Positions 35,513 through 44,737 of a stretch of DNA of 64,000 bases are shown piece after piece; positions within the stretch are counted from its first letter, which is position 1; the number at the start of each line of letters is the position of its first letter. The stretch comes from an uncultured Chlorobiaceae bacterium. Its GTDB lineage: Bacteria > Bacteroidota > Ignavibacteria > UBA10030 > SZUA-254. Position numbers and translations under genes: made by a program. Location: NCBI GenBank assembly GCA_964596065.1, contig CAZQSM010000004.1, positions 6,566-70,565 of the forward strand. The letters are read 5' to 3'. Below the pieces are notes generated by a model that had not been told where the DNA came from, did no database searches, and saw nothing but the letters and a program-made list of their open reading frames with translations.

Positions 35513-37527
35513 CGGCCCGTCCCGGTCTCTCCGACGGCCTCGAGGATGATCTCGGCGATGTCCTTCACCGCGACCCGTTCCGAGGCCTCCTTCTCCTTGA
35601 CGCCGTCGGTCATCATGGTCATGCAGAAGGGACAGGCCGTGCCGATCACGTCGGGCGCGAGCCGGAGCGCCTCCTCGGTCCGTTCGACGTTGACCCTCTT
35701 CCCCGTGCTCTCCTCCATGAACATTCTCGCTCCCCCCGCCCCGCAGCAGAACCCCCGGTCGCGGTTCCGGGGCATCTCCGACAATTCGACCCCGGGGACC
35801 GACGTGAGGACGTTCCTCGGTTCATCGTAGACCTGGTTGTACCGGCCCAGGTAGCAGGAATCGTGGTAGGTGATCTTCGCCCGCTGTTCGCCCGTCAGGC
35901 GGAGCTTTCCCGATTCGATCAGGCCGAGGAGGAACCCGCTGTGGTGGACCACTTCGTAGCGCCCGCCCAGCTGGGGGTACTCGTTCAGGAGGATGTTGAG
36001 GCAGTGCGGGCAGGTCGTGACGATCTTCGTCACGCCGTGGCCGTTCAGGACCCGGACGTTTTCCGCCATCAACGTCTGCGCGAGGTAGTCGTTCCCGGCC
36101 CTGCGCGCCGGGTCGCCGGTGCATTTCTCCTCCGGCCCGAGGATGGCGAAATCGACGCCCGCGATCTTCATGAGCGTGGCGAAGGCCTTCGTCACCTTCG
36201 TGTACCGGGCGTCGTACGCCCCGGCGCAGCCCACCCAGAAGAGGATCCGGTCAGCGCCGGCCGGCGCCGCCGCCGACATCAGCGGGATGTCGAGTCCCTC
36301 CGCCCAGTCGCTCCTCGACGAATGGCTGAAGCCCCAGGGGGTGAAATTGCGTTCGAGGTTCTGGAACGTCGCCTGCATCTCCTTCGGGAAGCGGGATTCG
36401 TTCAGGACGAGATGGCGGCGCATGTCGACGATGGCGTCGACGTGCTCGATCTGCACCGGGCACTCCTGGACGCAGGCCATGCAGGTCGTGCACGCCCAGA
36501 GTTCATCCTCGGTGATGTACCCGTCGACGAGCTGCCGGTCGGCCTCCGGGGCCGCGGCGGCGGCGCCGGCCACGAGCCGCGGGGCCTTCTCCACGAGACG
36601 CTGGCGAATGTCGACGATGATCTTCTTCGGTGAGAGCGGCTTTCCCGTGTTCGCGGCGGGGCACACGGCGGTGCAGCGCCCGCATTCCGTGCAGGTATAC
36701 CCGTCGAGGAGCTGCTTCCAGGTCAGGTCTTCGACGTCGGCCGCTCCGTACCTCGGCAGCGTCTCGTCCTGGAGGTCCAGGTTTTTCAGCGTCCCGCGGC
36801 GGCCGAGCTTCGCGAAGTAGACGTTCGGCACGGAAGAGATGACGTGCAGGTGTTTCGAGTAGGGAAGGTAGTTCAGGAACCCGAGGACGAGCGCCACGTG
36901 AAACCACCAGAAGGCGGTGAACCAGGCCGCGGCGTCGCCGCCCTCACCCCCGTCGAACAGCGAGGCCGCCGCGGTCGAAACGAAGCGCGCCTCGTTCGCC
37001 ATCCGCGCGCCGCCCGCGATGTTCGAGCCGTTCTGGCCGAACATCGAGACGATGATCAGCAGGATCCAGAGGAGGATCAGCGTCGCGTCGAACCGGGAAT
37101 GCCCACCCACGTCCAGGCGCGCGGGCGGCCTGATGTATCGCCTGAAGAGGGCGAAGATCGTCGAGAGCGCGACGAGGAGCCCGATCAGGTCCTGGAGGAA
37201 GGCCAGCGGAGGGTAGAGCGGGCCGAGGAAACCGAACGTGAACCCCGGCGCGATCCCCTCCCCGAACGTCTCGAGGATGGCGCTCAGCAGGATGACGAAC
37301 CCCCAGAAGATGAAGAAGTGGAGGATCCCGGCGAGCGGTTCCCGGAGGAGCTTCGTCTGTCCGAAGGCCACCGTCAGCACGTTCCGGAGCCGTTCGACCG
37401 GACGGTCCGTCCGCCCCTCCTTTCTGCCGATGCGGAGGTACCCCGCGAGCCGGCGCACGTTCAGGGCGAACAAGAGCAGCGAACCCGCCAGGACTGCGAT
37501 GAAGATGAGTGATTCGGTTGCGATCAT
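35509..37527 (-). CDS. membrane-anchored (Fe-S)-binding oxidoreductase, HdrD/DsrK/GlpC-like with NarI-like N-terminal TM domain
   Basis: About 230-aa N-terminal multi-TM domain. Two 4Fe-4S motifs (CTECGRCTAVCP, CTTCMACVQECP). Two CCG domains (GFCCGAGG, TCPHC...CPFC). Confidence 0.7.
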   Translation of the reverse strand: MIATESLIFIAVLAGSLLLFALNVRRLAGYLRIGRKEGRTDRPVERLRNVLTVAFGQTKLLREPLAGILHFFIFWGFVILLSAILETFGEGIAPGFTFGFLGPLYPPLAFLQDLIGLLVALSTIFALFRRYIRPPARLDVGGHSRFDATLILLWILLIIVSMFGQNGSNIAGGARMANEARFVSTAAASLFDGGEGGDAAAWFTAFWWFHVALVLGFLNYLPYSKHLHVISSVPNVYFAKLGRRGTLKNLDLQDETLPRYGAADVEDLTWKQLLDGYTCTECGRCTAVCPAANTGKPLSPKKIIVDIRQRLVEKAPRLVAGAAAAAPEADRQLVDGYITEDELWACTTCMACVQECPVQIEHVDAIVDMRRHLVLNESRFPKEMQATFQNLERNFTPWGFSHSSRSDWAEGLDIPLMSAAAPAGADRILFWVGCAGAYDARYTKVTKAFATLMKIAGVDFAILGPEEKCTGDPARRAGNDYLAQTLMAENVRVLNGHGVTKIVTTCPHCLNILLNEYPQLGGRYEVVHHSGFLLGLIESGKLRLTGEQRAKITYHDSCYLGRYNQVYDEPRNVLTSVPGVELSEMPRNRDRGFCCGAGGARMFMEESTGKRVNVERTEEALRLAPDVIGTACPFCMTMMTDGVKEKEASERVAVKDIAEIILEAVGETGTGR

Positions 37528-37541
37528 AATCCGGCCGGTCC

Positions 37542-38447
37542 TTAGTCGTGAACGATCATCTCGCCGCGCAGCACGGTGACCGCGGGCCCTCCGATCCGCA
37601 CGGAGTTCGCCTTCCCGTCCTGCCCCGTGACGTCGACGAAGACCCGGCCCCTCCGGGCGATCGCGTCCCCCTGTTCGCCCTGGAAGGAGCAGACCCCGTC
37701 AGCGGGGGTGAGGAGACCGTGATCGTGGAGGATCACTCCCAGCGGGCCGTGCGAGGAGCCCGTGACGGGATCCTCGTTGATGCCGCAGTTGGGCGCGAAA
37801 AACCTCGAATGGACCTTCGAATCGCGGTCGATCGTCTCGAGCGTGTAGAGGCAGAGCCCCGACAGGTTCCGGGCCGTGAGGAACGCGGAGATGTTGAGAA
37901 AGTTTGGCTTCAGCGTGAAGAGCGTGTGCAGCCTCCTGATCATGACGTACAGGTACGTCTCCTTCATGATCGGCACCCGGTTGTCGAATTCCACCGACGG
38001 GACCGCCAGGAGCCGGACGAGGTCGACCTTCAGGTGCGGCACCTTCTCGAACGCCGGCACGCGCAGGCCGAGGTAGACGATCGTCGACGATTCCCCCCGC
38101 TCGACCTTCACCGGCAGGTTGCCGTCTGCGGTCTCGAGGCTGAACGCGTAGGTTCCGGGGGCGGTCATCCCGAGGCGTCGCTCCTCCGCGAGCACGTGGA
38201 ACGCGGCCACCGTCGCGTGGCCGCAGAGCGGGACCTCGACCGTCGGCGTGAACCACCGGACCCTGACGTCGGCGCCAGGCTTTGTCGGAGGGAGGACGAA
38301 CGCCGTTTCCGAGAGGTTCATTTCGCGCGCGATCGACTGCATCTGGGCCTGGCTCAGCGCCGCCCCTTCGAGCACGACCCCGGCCGGGTTCCCGGTATGG
38401 GGAACGGACGTGAACGCGTCAACCTGCCTGATGTCGACCGATATCAT
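37542..38447 (-). CDS. PhzF-family (phenazine-biosynthesis-like) isomerase
   Basis: ATG 38447 gives MISVDIRQVDAFTSVPHTGNPAGVVL; SETAFVL motif. Diaminopimelate-epimerase-like fold. 302 aa. Confidence 0.7.
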   Translation of the reverse strand: MISVDIRQVDAFTSVPHTGNPAGVVLEGAALSQAQMQSIAREMNLSETAFVLPPTKPGADVRVRWFTPTVEVPLCGHATVAAFHVLAEERRLGMTAPGTYAFSLETADGNLPVKVERGESSTIVYLGLRVPAFEKVPHLKVDLVRLLAVPSVEFDNRVPIMKETYLYVMIRRLHTLFTLKPNFLNISAFLTARNLSGLCLYTLETIDRDSKVHSRFFAPNCGINEDPVTGSSHGPLGVILHDHGLLTPADGVCSFQGEQGDAIARRGRVFVDVTGQDGKANSVRIGGPAVTVLRGEMIVHD

Positions 38448-39277
38448 GTGGCACCTGCGGTGGAAAGAGAAAATGACCTGATGGTCGTCCGGTTCCTGAC
38501 GTACACGATCCGGTCGTCCGCCCGGAAAAAGGTCGCGCCCGCCGGCAGCGAGAGCCCGTCGCACACCAGGTCGCGGAAGAGTATTTCCCCCGTCGGGGCG
38601 TCGAGGACGAACAGGTGTTCCCGGAGCGTCCGCGCCTGACCGGCCCCCTGGACCGTCTCGTACCAGTTACTGATTTCCGCGCCGCCCACGAGCATCGCGC
38701 CGCCCGGTTCGAGCAGTGCTCCTGCCGGAAACGCGCCCGCGACCGTGGGGTGCAGTTCGGGGACGAGGTCCGCGTTCCCGACGTCGATCCCCCATGTCGT
38801 CGCGTGGTCCGGACGGAACGCGGGGAGCTCCCCGGCGGGTACCTCACGGACCACTCCGCCGGTGAGCAGGTCGATCTCGTAATACGCCCTGCGATCGAAC
38901 AGCTCCTTCGACGCGAAGACGGAGCCGCCGCTGGCGAATCCGAATGCGAGGTCGGGGTTCTCCCAGATCGGATCGCCGCTCGAAGCATCGATCGCCACGA
39001 TCTTCCCGTGGTCCGGCATGCTGGGGACCGGATAGTCGTGGAGGAAGAGGATCCCCCCGTGTACGGCTTCGATCCCGGTCCACCAGGGCTGCGAAACCCC
39101 TTTCCCCTGCCAGTGGACGCGGCCGTCGTCGAGCGAGACGCAGAAGAACGTGACGCGTTTGTTCCCGAGGTCCCGCGCTTCGCCGATGATCCTCCGGTCC
39201 TCGAGTGGGACGATCTTCCATACGTTGGCCCGGGCGTCGTAGTCCCAGAGGCCGCGGACGCCCCTCCCGCTACCCAT
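38444..39277 (-). CDS. hypothetical protein (possible beta-propeller)
   Basis: ORF with GC3 bias, 4-nt overlap with the PhzF gene. No motif recognized. Confidence 0.4.
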   Translation of the reverse strand: MGSGRGVRGLWDYDARANVWKIVPLEDRRIIGEARDLGNKRVTFFCVSLDDGRVHWQGKGVSQPWWTGIEAVHGGILFLHDYPVPSMPDHGKIVAIDASSGDPIWENPDLAFGFASGGSVFASKELFDRRAYYEIDLLTGGVVREVPAGELPAFRPDHATTWGIDVGNADLVPELHPTVAGAFPAGALLEPGGAMLVGGAEISNWYETVQGAGQARTLREHLFVLDAPTGEILFRDLVCDGLSLPAGATFFRADDRIVYVRNRTTIRSFSLSTAGAT

Positions 39278-39389
39278 ACCGTGCCTGCTGATCGATGTGG
39301 ATGATGATGTCGGTGATAAGATACACATCGAGGGGGGAAATATCAATTGTTTCCTACGCGTAAATAAATAATTGCGAAGCCGGCGCGGG

Positions 39390-40040
39390 TCACCCCTGCA
39401 ATGATGGAGTCAGAGATTTGAGAAATTCCCTCATCCCGGAAAAGGCGGCCCGGCGGTGGCTGATCGCATTTTTTTCTGCGAAGGAAAGCGAGGCGAACGA
39501 AACGTCGTACCCGTCAGGAATGAACAACGGATCATAACCGAACCCTCCCCCCCCGAGCGGCTCGTCGGCGATCCTCCCGTGGCAGTTCCCCTGCGTGACC
39601 TTCTCCATTCCCGGACCGACGCAGGCGGCGACGCATCGGAACCGCGCCCGCCGCGCCGCCGGCCCTCGCGCCCGCGACAGGAGCGAGAGCAGTTTCCTGT
39701 TGTTGTCGTCGTAGGTCGCGTCATCGCCGGCAAAGCGCGCGGAGCGGACACCCGGCGCGCCGCCGAGGAAATCGACTTCCAGCCCGGAATCATCCGACAG
39801 CGTCATGAGGCCGGTCAGCGCGTAGACCGTCCTGGCCTTGATCAGCGCGTTCTCTTCGAGCGTTTCGCCCGTCTCCGGGATTTCAGGGATCTCCGGGAAT
39901 GGCGACCGGCCCGGGATACCAGCGATCTCGTCCAGACCGTGGATCGGCGCCGGAAGCGACGACAGGAGGGCGCGGATCTCCCGGAGTTTCCCCGGATTGC
40001 GCGTGGCGAGGATGATCAGACCGGATCCGGGACGGGACAT
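39390..40040 (-). CDS. rdgB: dITP/XTP pyrophosphatase (non-canonical purine NTP pyrophosphatase, RdgB/HAM1)
   Basis: ATG 40040 gives MSRPGSGLIILATRNPGKLREI... Motifs FGYDPLF and SLSFAEKNAISHR. The ORF-track extension upstream overlaps radA out of frame and is spurious. Confidence 0.75.
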   Translation of the reverse strand: MSRPGSGLIILATRNPGKLREIRALLSSLPAPIHGLDEIAGIPGRSPFPEIPEIPETGETLEENALIKARTVYALTGLMTLSDDSGLEVDFLGGAPGVRSARFAGDDATYDDNNRKLLSLLSRARGPAARRARFRCVAACVGPGMEKVTQGNCHGRIADEPLGGGGFGYDPLFIPDGYDVSFASLSFAEKNAISHRRAAFSGMREFLKSLTPSLQG

Positions 40041-40054
40041 CGCGGGGCGCCGGG

Positions 40055-41425
40055 TCACCGGAGCAGGTATTCCCTCAGGTCCTCCACCCGCTCCACGCCG
40101 TGGAGGGCGATCCGCCCCTTCGGGGCGTTCCTGAGGTTGTTCAGCGGGAGGATGAAATGCTCGAACCCGAGTTTGTCCGCCTCCTGGATCCGTTTTTCGA
40201 TCTGCCCGACGCTCCTGATTTCCCCGCCGAGGCCGATCTCCCCGACCGCGACCGTCTGCGATCCGACGGCGACGTCCTTCAGGCTCGAAATGATGGAGGC
40301 CGCGATGCCGAGGTCGAGGCCCGGCTCGTCGATGCGGACACCGCCGGCGATGTTCACGAAGACGTCGTATCCCCCCATGTTCATCCCGAGACGCTTCTCG
40401 AGGACTGCCAGGAGGTGGCCCAGGCGCCGGTAATCGAACCCGGTGGTGTTCCGCTGGGGGACGGTAAAGTTCGTCGACGAAACGAGCGCCTGCACCTCCA
40501 CGAGGATCGGCCGGGTCCCCTCGAGCGCGGCCACGACGGTGGAACCGGAGGCGCCGACCGAGCGCTCCGAGAGGAAGACCTCGGACGGGTTGAGGACCTC
40601 CCGCAGGCCCGCGGCGCGCATTTCGAACACCCCGATCTCGTTGGTGGAGCCGAAACGGTTTTTCGATGCTCGCAGGATCCTGTAGGCGAAATGCCGGTCG
40701 CCCTCGAACTGGATCACCGTGTCGACCATGTGCTCGATGACCTTCGGCCCGGCGATGAATCCGTCCTTGGTGACGTGGCCGATGAGAAAGAGGGGGATGC
40801 CGAGCTCCTTGGCCGCCCTCGTCAGGAGGGCCGCCGATTCCCGCACCTGCGCGACGCTTCCCGGCGAGCCGTCCAGGACAGGACGGTACATCGTCTGGAT
40901 CGAATCGATCACGATCAGCCCGGGGGCCGATCGCGCGACCACCTCCGCGACCGCGTCCGCGTCGGTTTCCGTGAAGACCAGGAGGTTCGAGGCGCCGGCG
41001 AAACCGAGCCGGCCGGCGCGGAGCTTGATCTGCGTGGGGGATTCCTCGCCCGAAACGTAGAGGATCGGCAGCGGCGAGATCGCCGCCGCCAGCTGCATCA
41101 TGAGCGTCGATTTTCCGATCCCCGGGTCCCCGCCGAGCAGCGTGACCGAGCCGGGAACGATACCCCCTCCCAGCACCCGGTCGAACTCGCCGATCCCCGT
41201 CGATAGCCGCGCCCCCTCGGCCGACGCCACCTCCGAGAGGGGCACCGGACGGGCCGCCCCGCGCGAAGGCGCTGGGCGCGACGCCCGCGGGGGGCTTTTC
41301 AGCTCCTCCACGAGTGTGTTCCACCCCTCGCAGTTCGGACAGCGGCCGATCCATCGGGGGGATTCGTATCCGCACGCCTGGCAGGCGTAGACCGATCGGG
41401 GCTTCGCGGGTCCGGACTTCTTCAG
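40055..41425 (-). CDS. radA: DNA repair protein RadA
   Basis: N-terminal zinc ribbon CQACGYESPRWIGRCPNC. Walker A GDPGIGKST, KNRFG motif, Lon-like C-terminal domain. No in-frame ATG precedes the zinc ribbon; provisional CTG 41425 start, overlapping the nadK stop. Confidence 0.75.
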   Translation of the reverse strand: MKKSGPAKPRSVYACQACGYESPRWIGRCPNCEGWNTLVEELKSPPRASRPAPSRGAARPVPLSEVASAEGARLSTGIGEFDRVLGGGIVPGSVTLLGGDPGIGKSTLMMQLAAAISPLPILYVSGEESPTQIKLRAGRLGFAGASNLLVFTETDADAVAEVVARSAPGLIVIDSIQTMYRPVLDGSPGSVAQVRESAALLTRAAKELGIPLFLIGHVTKDGFIAGPKVIEHMVDTVIQFEGDRHFAYRILRASKNRFGSTNEIGVFEMRAAGLREVLNPSEVFLSERSVGASGSTVVAALEGTRPILVEVQALVSSTNFTVPQRNTTGFDYRRLGHLLAVLEKRLGMNMGGYDVFVNIAGGVRIDEPGLDLGIAASIISSLKDVAVGSQTVAVGEIGLGGEIRSVGQIEKRIQEADKLGFEHFILPLNNLRNAPKGRIALHGVERVEDLREYLLR

Positions 41426-42309
41426 CGGCGATCCTCCCTCCCGGTCCGGAGGTCCCTTCCCCACATCAACTTCGACCGGAGCAGGTCGAAAAACGAACCC
41501 TTCCTCCACCGGACGAGCCGGACGACGAACCGGGCGCGCCGGATGGTGCATTCCACCGGGGTCCGGCAGAATTTTTCCACCTGGCCGTCGGCGGTGATAT
41601 GGACCTCGGGCGGACCCTCGCGGACGTTGACGCGGACGACGCTGTCGGACGGGATGATCACGGGCCGCGCGGTCAGCGTGTGGGGGGAAATGGCGACCAG
41701 CGTGATCACGTCGCTCTTCGGCGAGACGATCGGCCCCCCGGTGGCGAGGGAATACCCGGTGGAGCCCGTCGGGGTCGTCACGATGATGCCGTTGGCCTCG
41801 TAGGTGACGAGGTAATCGTCGTTCACGTGCGTTTCGAAGTCGATGACGCGGGCCGAGGCGCCCCGGTCGATCGCGATTTCGTTCAGCGCTGTCAGCGGCT
41901 CCGGGTCTCCCCCGACGTACGCCTCCAGGGCGAGGCGTTCCTCGACCTCGTACCGGCCGTTTCCGATGTCGGCGAGGCATCCCTCGACCTCCGACACCGA
42001 CACCTCCGCCAGGAAACCAAGCTTTCCGAGGTTGATGCCGAGGATGGGGAGTTCCTTCGGTCCGATCGCCCTCGCGGCCGCGAGGATCGTCCCGTCCCCG
42101 CCGAGCACGATCACCATCGTCGCGCGTTCGAGCAGTTCCCCCATCGGCACGCCGGGTCCCGCCGCGGCGATCCCCGCGCGGAGCGCGGGCCCCCCGATCT
42201 CCTCGTGGACGCAGAAGGGGGCCCCGGTCGAACCGAGCGCCGCGACGAGCGTCGAGAGCACCTTCAGGCTCTCCGCCTTCGTGGGATTGCCGATGATGCC
42301 GTAGGTCAT
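41422..42309 (-). CDS. nadK: NAD+ kinase
   Basis: GGDGT motif (VIVLGGDGTILAAAR), NE/D motif, TPTGSTGYSLA. 295 aa. Confidence 0.8.
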   Translation of the reverse strand: MTYGIIGNPTKAESLKVLSTLVAALGSTGAPFCVHEEIGGPALRAGIAAAGPGVPMGELLERATMVIVLGGDGTILAAARAIGPKELPILGINLGKLGFLAEVSVSEVEGCLADIGNGRYEVEERLALEAYVGGDPEPLTALNEIAIDRGASARVIDFETHVNDDYLVTYEANGIIVTTPTGSTGYSLATGGPIVSPKSDVITLVAISPHTLTARPVIIPSDSVVRVNVREGPPEVHITADGQVEKFCRTPVECTIRRARFVVRLVRWRKGSFFDLLRSKLMWGRDLRTGREDRR

Positions 42310-42689
42310 CGGCTGCTCCCGGACCCGGGAGCGGGAGGGTCGGGCGCCGGAGATTCGGGATCGTGAGGCCCGGGTGCCGTAGAGCCGGGCGCCGGAGGCC
42401 CGGGCGCCGGAGGGGCGGGCGCCGCCGGCTTCGACGCCTCGTCGACGTAATTCAGCCTGAGGTCCCGGAGGAGCGTCGTAAACATCTGTTCCTCGGAGGG
42501 AGAGAGGTTACCCTTCATCCTCCTGTGCAAGACGTCGAGGATGTCGATCGAAATCCGCGCCTGGTCGAGGTCGCGCTCCACGGTCCCGGTCACGGGGCTC
42601 CGGAGCTTCCCCATCTGCTGGAGGGCGGCGGTCTGAAACATCAGCGCGACCTGCGTCAGCAGGAGTTCGTCTTTTTCCCGTTCGTTCAT
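42306..42689 (-). CDS. DUF1844-like protein with Pro/Ala-rich C-terminal tail
   Basis: MNEREKDELLLTQVALMFQTAALQQMG resembles the DUF1844 N-terminus. C-terminus APAPPAPGPPAPGS repeats. Confidence 0.45.
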   Translation of the reverse strand: MNEREKDELLLTQVALMFQTAALQQMGKLRSPVTGTVERDLDQARISIDILDVLHRRMKGNLSPSEEQMFTTLLRDLRLNYVDEASKPAAPAPPAPGPPAPGSTAPGPHDPESPAPDPPAPGSGSSR

Positions 42690-42734
42690 CGTCGTGTGCT
42701 GTGGTTTCAAGTGTATACAAAATGGGCGTGAATA

Positions 42735-43508
42735 TCAACGTGGCGGAGCCATGCTCCGTTCCGCCAGCTTCGCGTATTTCACGAAGACGTATGACGCCGA
42801 GAGCAGGCAGAGCGTGAGCCCGTGCACGCCGTCCAGGAACCCGAGCCGGAAGAAGTACATTTTCAGGAACTGGAACGGCGGCCTGAGGACGAGGTCGGAG
42901 ATCGAGGCCCGGCGGCCCCGCTCCAGGAGGTCCTCCGCTCCGAGCGTCGTGTACCGGTCGAACTTGCTGAAGTAGTGGAACAGGTTGTCGTCGGTGTGAT
43001 GCTCGAGGTCATTCCGGAGCCTGCCCGGCTCGCCGTCGAACAGCAGCCGTTCGTGCACGCGGGCCGCGTCGTACCGTGCCTCCCCGTTCCTGAACAGCCG
43101 GGGGACGAATCCGGGATACCACCCGCAGTGGCGGATCCAGCGGCCGAGGAAATAGGCCCGCCTCGCCACCTCGTACACCCCCGGCGCGGTGCGGGCAGCG
43201 CCCGAGACGATCCCGCCGATCTCCCCGGCCAGCCCGGGAGTGACCCGCTCGTCGGCGTCGACGACCAGGACCCATTCCCCCGTCGCGCGATCCAGCGCCT
43301 CGTTCCTGGCGTGGCCGTACCCCTTCCAGGGCGCGACGACAACCTCCGCGCCCCGTTCACGCGCGATGGCGGCCGTGCGGTCCGTGCTGCCCGAATCGAG
43401 GACGATGACCTCGTCCGCCCATCCGAGCGCATCAAGGCAGGGGCCGATGTTCCGCTCTTCGTTCAGCGTGATGACGATCGCGGTGAGGGTCCGGGGCCGG
43501 ATCGTCAC
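42735..43508 (-). CDS. family 2 glycosyltransferase (LPS core, KdtX/WaaE-like)
   Basis: LTAIVITLNEERNI, VLDSGSTDRT, DADER motif. 257 aa. Confidence 0.7.
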   Translation of the reverse strand: MTIRPRTLTAIVITLNEERNIGPCLDALGWADEVIVLDSGSTDRTAAIARERGAEVVVAPWKGYGHARNEALDRATGEWVLVVDADERVTPGLAGEIGGIVSGAARTAPGVYEVARRAYFLGRWIRHCGWYPGFVPRLFRNGEARYDAARVHERLLFDGEPGRLRNDLEHHTDDNLFHYFSKFDRYTTLGAEDLLERGRRASISDLVLRPPFQFLKMYFFRLGFLDGVHGLTLCLLSASYVFVKYAKLAERSMAPPR

Positions 43509-44737
43509 GCGCCCTCCCCCTTCATGGCGGGCGCGGCCGCCGCCAGGCCGGTGAGGAACCAGACCAGGACCATCACTTCGTGATCGCCGAAATTGTATTC
43601 GAACAGTCCGAGGACGTGGAACCCGGCGTACGCGGCGAGCAGGCCGGTGGCGAGGGCGCCCCGGATCGAGCCCCGTTCCGCGCCGGCGCCGGCCCGCCGG
43701 ATCACGATCCCCATCATGACGAACAGGTAGACGACGGCGCAGAAACCCGGGGCCCCGAGCGTCACGAGCGCTTCCATCAGGTTGTTATGGAGGTGCCCCC
43801 CCTCGCCGGGCGTCATCGGCGTGACATAGCCCGCGTAGTAATTCCGGAGGCCGATGTCGCCCCATCCGAAGATCGGCCTGTCGAGGAACATTTTCCACCC
43901 GGTGGAGAGCATCTGGATCCGGGATACGTTCGACTCCGCCGTCGTGGTGACGCTGTCGGCGACGAACCCCCCAGCGTCGCGAACCTCGGCGACGCTCAAC
44001 GCCCGGTTCCGGAATTCTGCGGGGGCGAACAGCGCGAAGAGCGCGATCACGACCGCCAGCACCGCCAGCATCCGCCGGTCCCGGATCGTCCCCACGACGA
44101 GCATCCCCGCCACGAACCCGATCCAGGCGCTCCGGGTCTGGGTGATTACGAGGCCCGCGAGGAGCGCGAGCACCGCCCCGCCGAGCGCGATCCTCCATCG
44201 GAGCGCCAGCGCCGGCGCGACGGTGAACGGAATGACCGCGAGGATGATGAGCATCCTGACGCCCCCCTCGGTCATCGGCATCTGGAAGAGGCCCGGGCGC
44301 TCGATCTGGCCCCCGATCGTCCGCAGGCTCGAAAGTTCCGCCAGCGCCGCGACCGCCCCGAGCCCCGCCAGCGCGCCGAGGACGACCGTCACCCGCCGTT
44401 CGTCGCGGAAGGAGTAGGCGGTCGCGTAGACGATCCCGATGAGGAGGACACGCTTCGCGTTCAGGAACGAATCGGCGGGGTCGACCGAAAAGGCTGACGA
44501 CAGCAGTTCGGCCGCCGCGTAGAGCAGGAACGCCGCCCCCAGTCCGGTCCGCGGCACGACCGACACTCCCCCCCTGGCGATGACGGCGGCCATCGCGATG
44601 AAGGCCGAGGCCATGGCGATCGACGAAACGGCCACCGAAAAGGTCACGGAAACGACGGAGAGACCCGCCAGCAGGCAGATCAGCGCCCTGCCGCCGCCGT
44701 CGCGGACGCGCCCGTCAGGCCCGGAACTGGAGGTCAT
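43505..44737 (-). CDS. O-antigen ligase family (Wzy_C/WaaL-like) membrane protein
   Basis: About 10 TM helices with a periplasmic loop containing the QTRSAW...H motif typical of the Wzy_C family. The start may be internal (overlaps msbA). Confidence 0.6.
   Translation of the reverse strand: MTSSSGPDGRVRDGGGRALICLLAGLSVVSVTFSVAVSSIAMASAFIAMAAVIARGGVSVVPRTGLGAAFLLYAAAELLSSAFSVDPADSFLNAKRVLLIGIVYATAYSFRDERRVTVVLGALAGLGAVAALAELSSLRTIGGQIERPGLFQMPMTEGGVRMLIILAVIPFTVAPALALRWRIALGGAVLALLAGLVITQTRSAWIGFVAGMLVVGTIRDRRMLAVLAVVIALFALFAPAEFRNRALSVAEVRDAGGFVADSVTTTAESNVSRIQMLSTGWKMFLDRPIFGWGDIGLRNYYAGYVTPMTPGEGGHLHNNLMEALVTLGAPGFCAVVYLFVMMGIVIRRAGAGAERGSIRGALATGLLAAYAGFHVLGLFEYNFGDHEVMVLVWFLTGLAAAAPAMKGEGA

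Noticed and set aside
39390-41980. Very long N-terminal extensions of the rdgB (661 aa) and radA (641 aa) ORFs
   Set aside because: The upstream portions are R/G/P-rich and overlap the neighbouring real genes in alternate frames. The conserved RdgB and RadA sequences begin at internal starts (40040 and about 41425).
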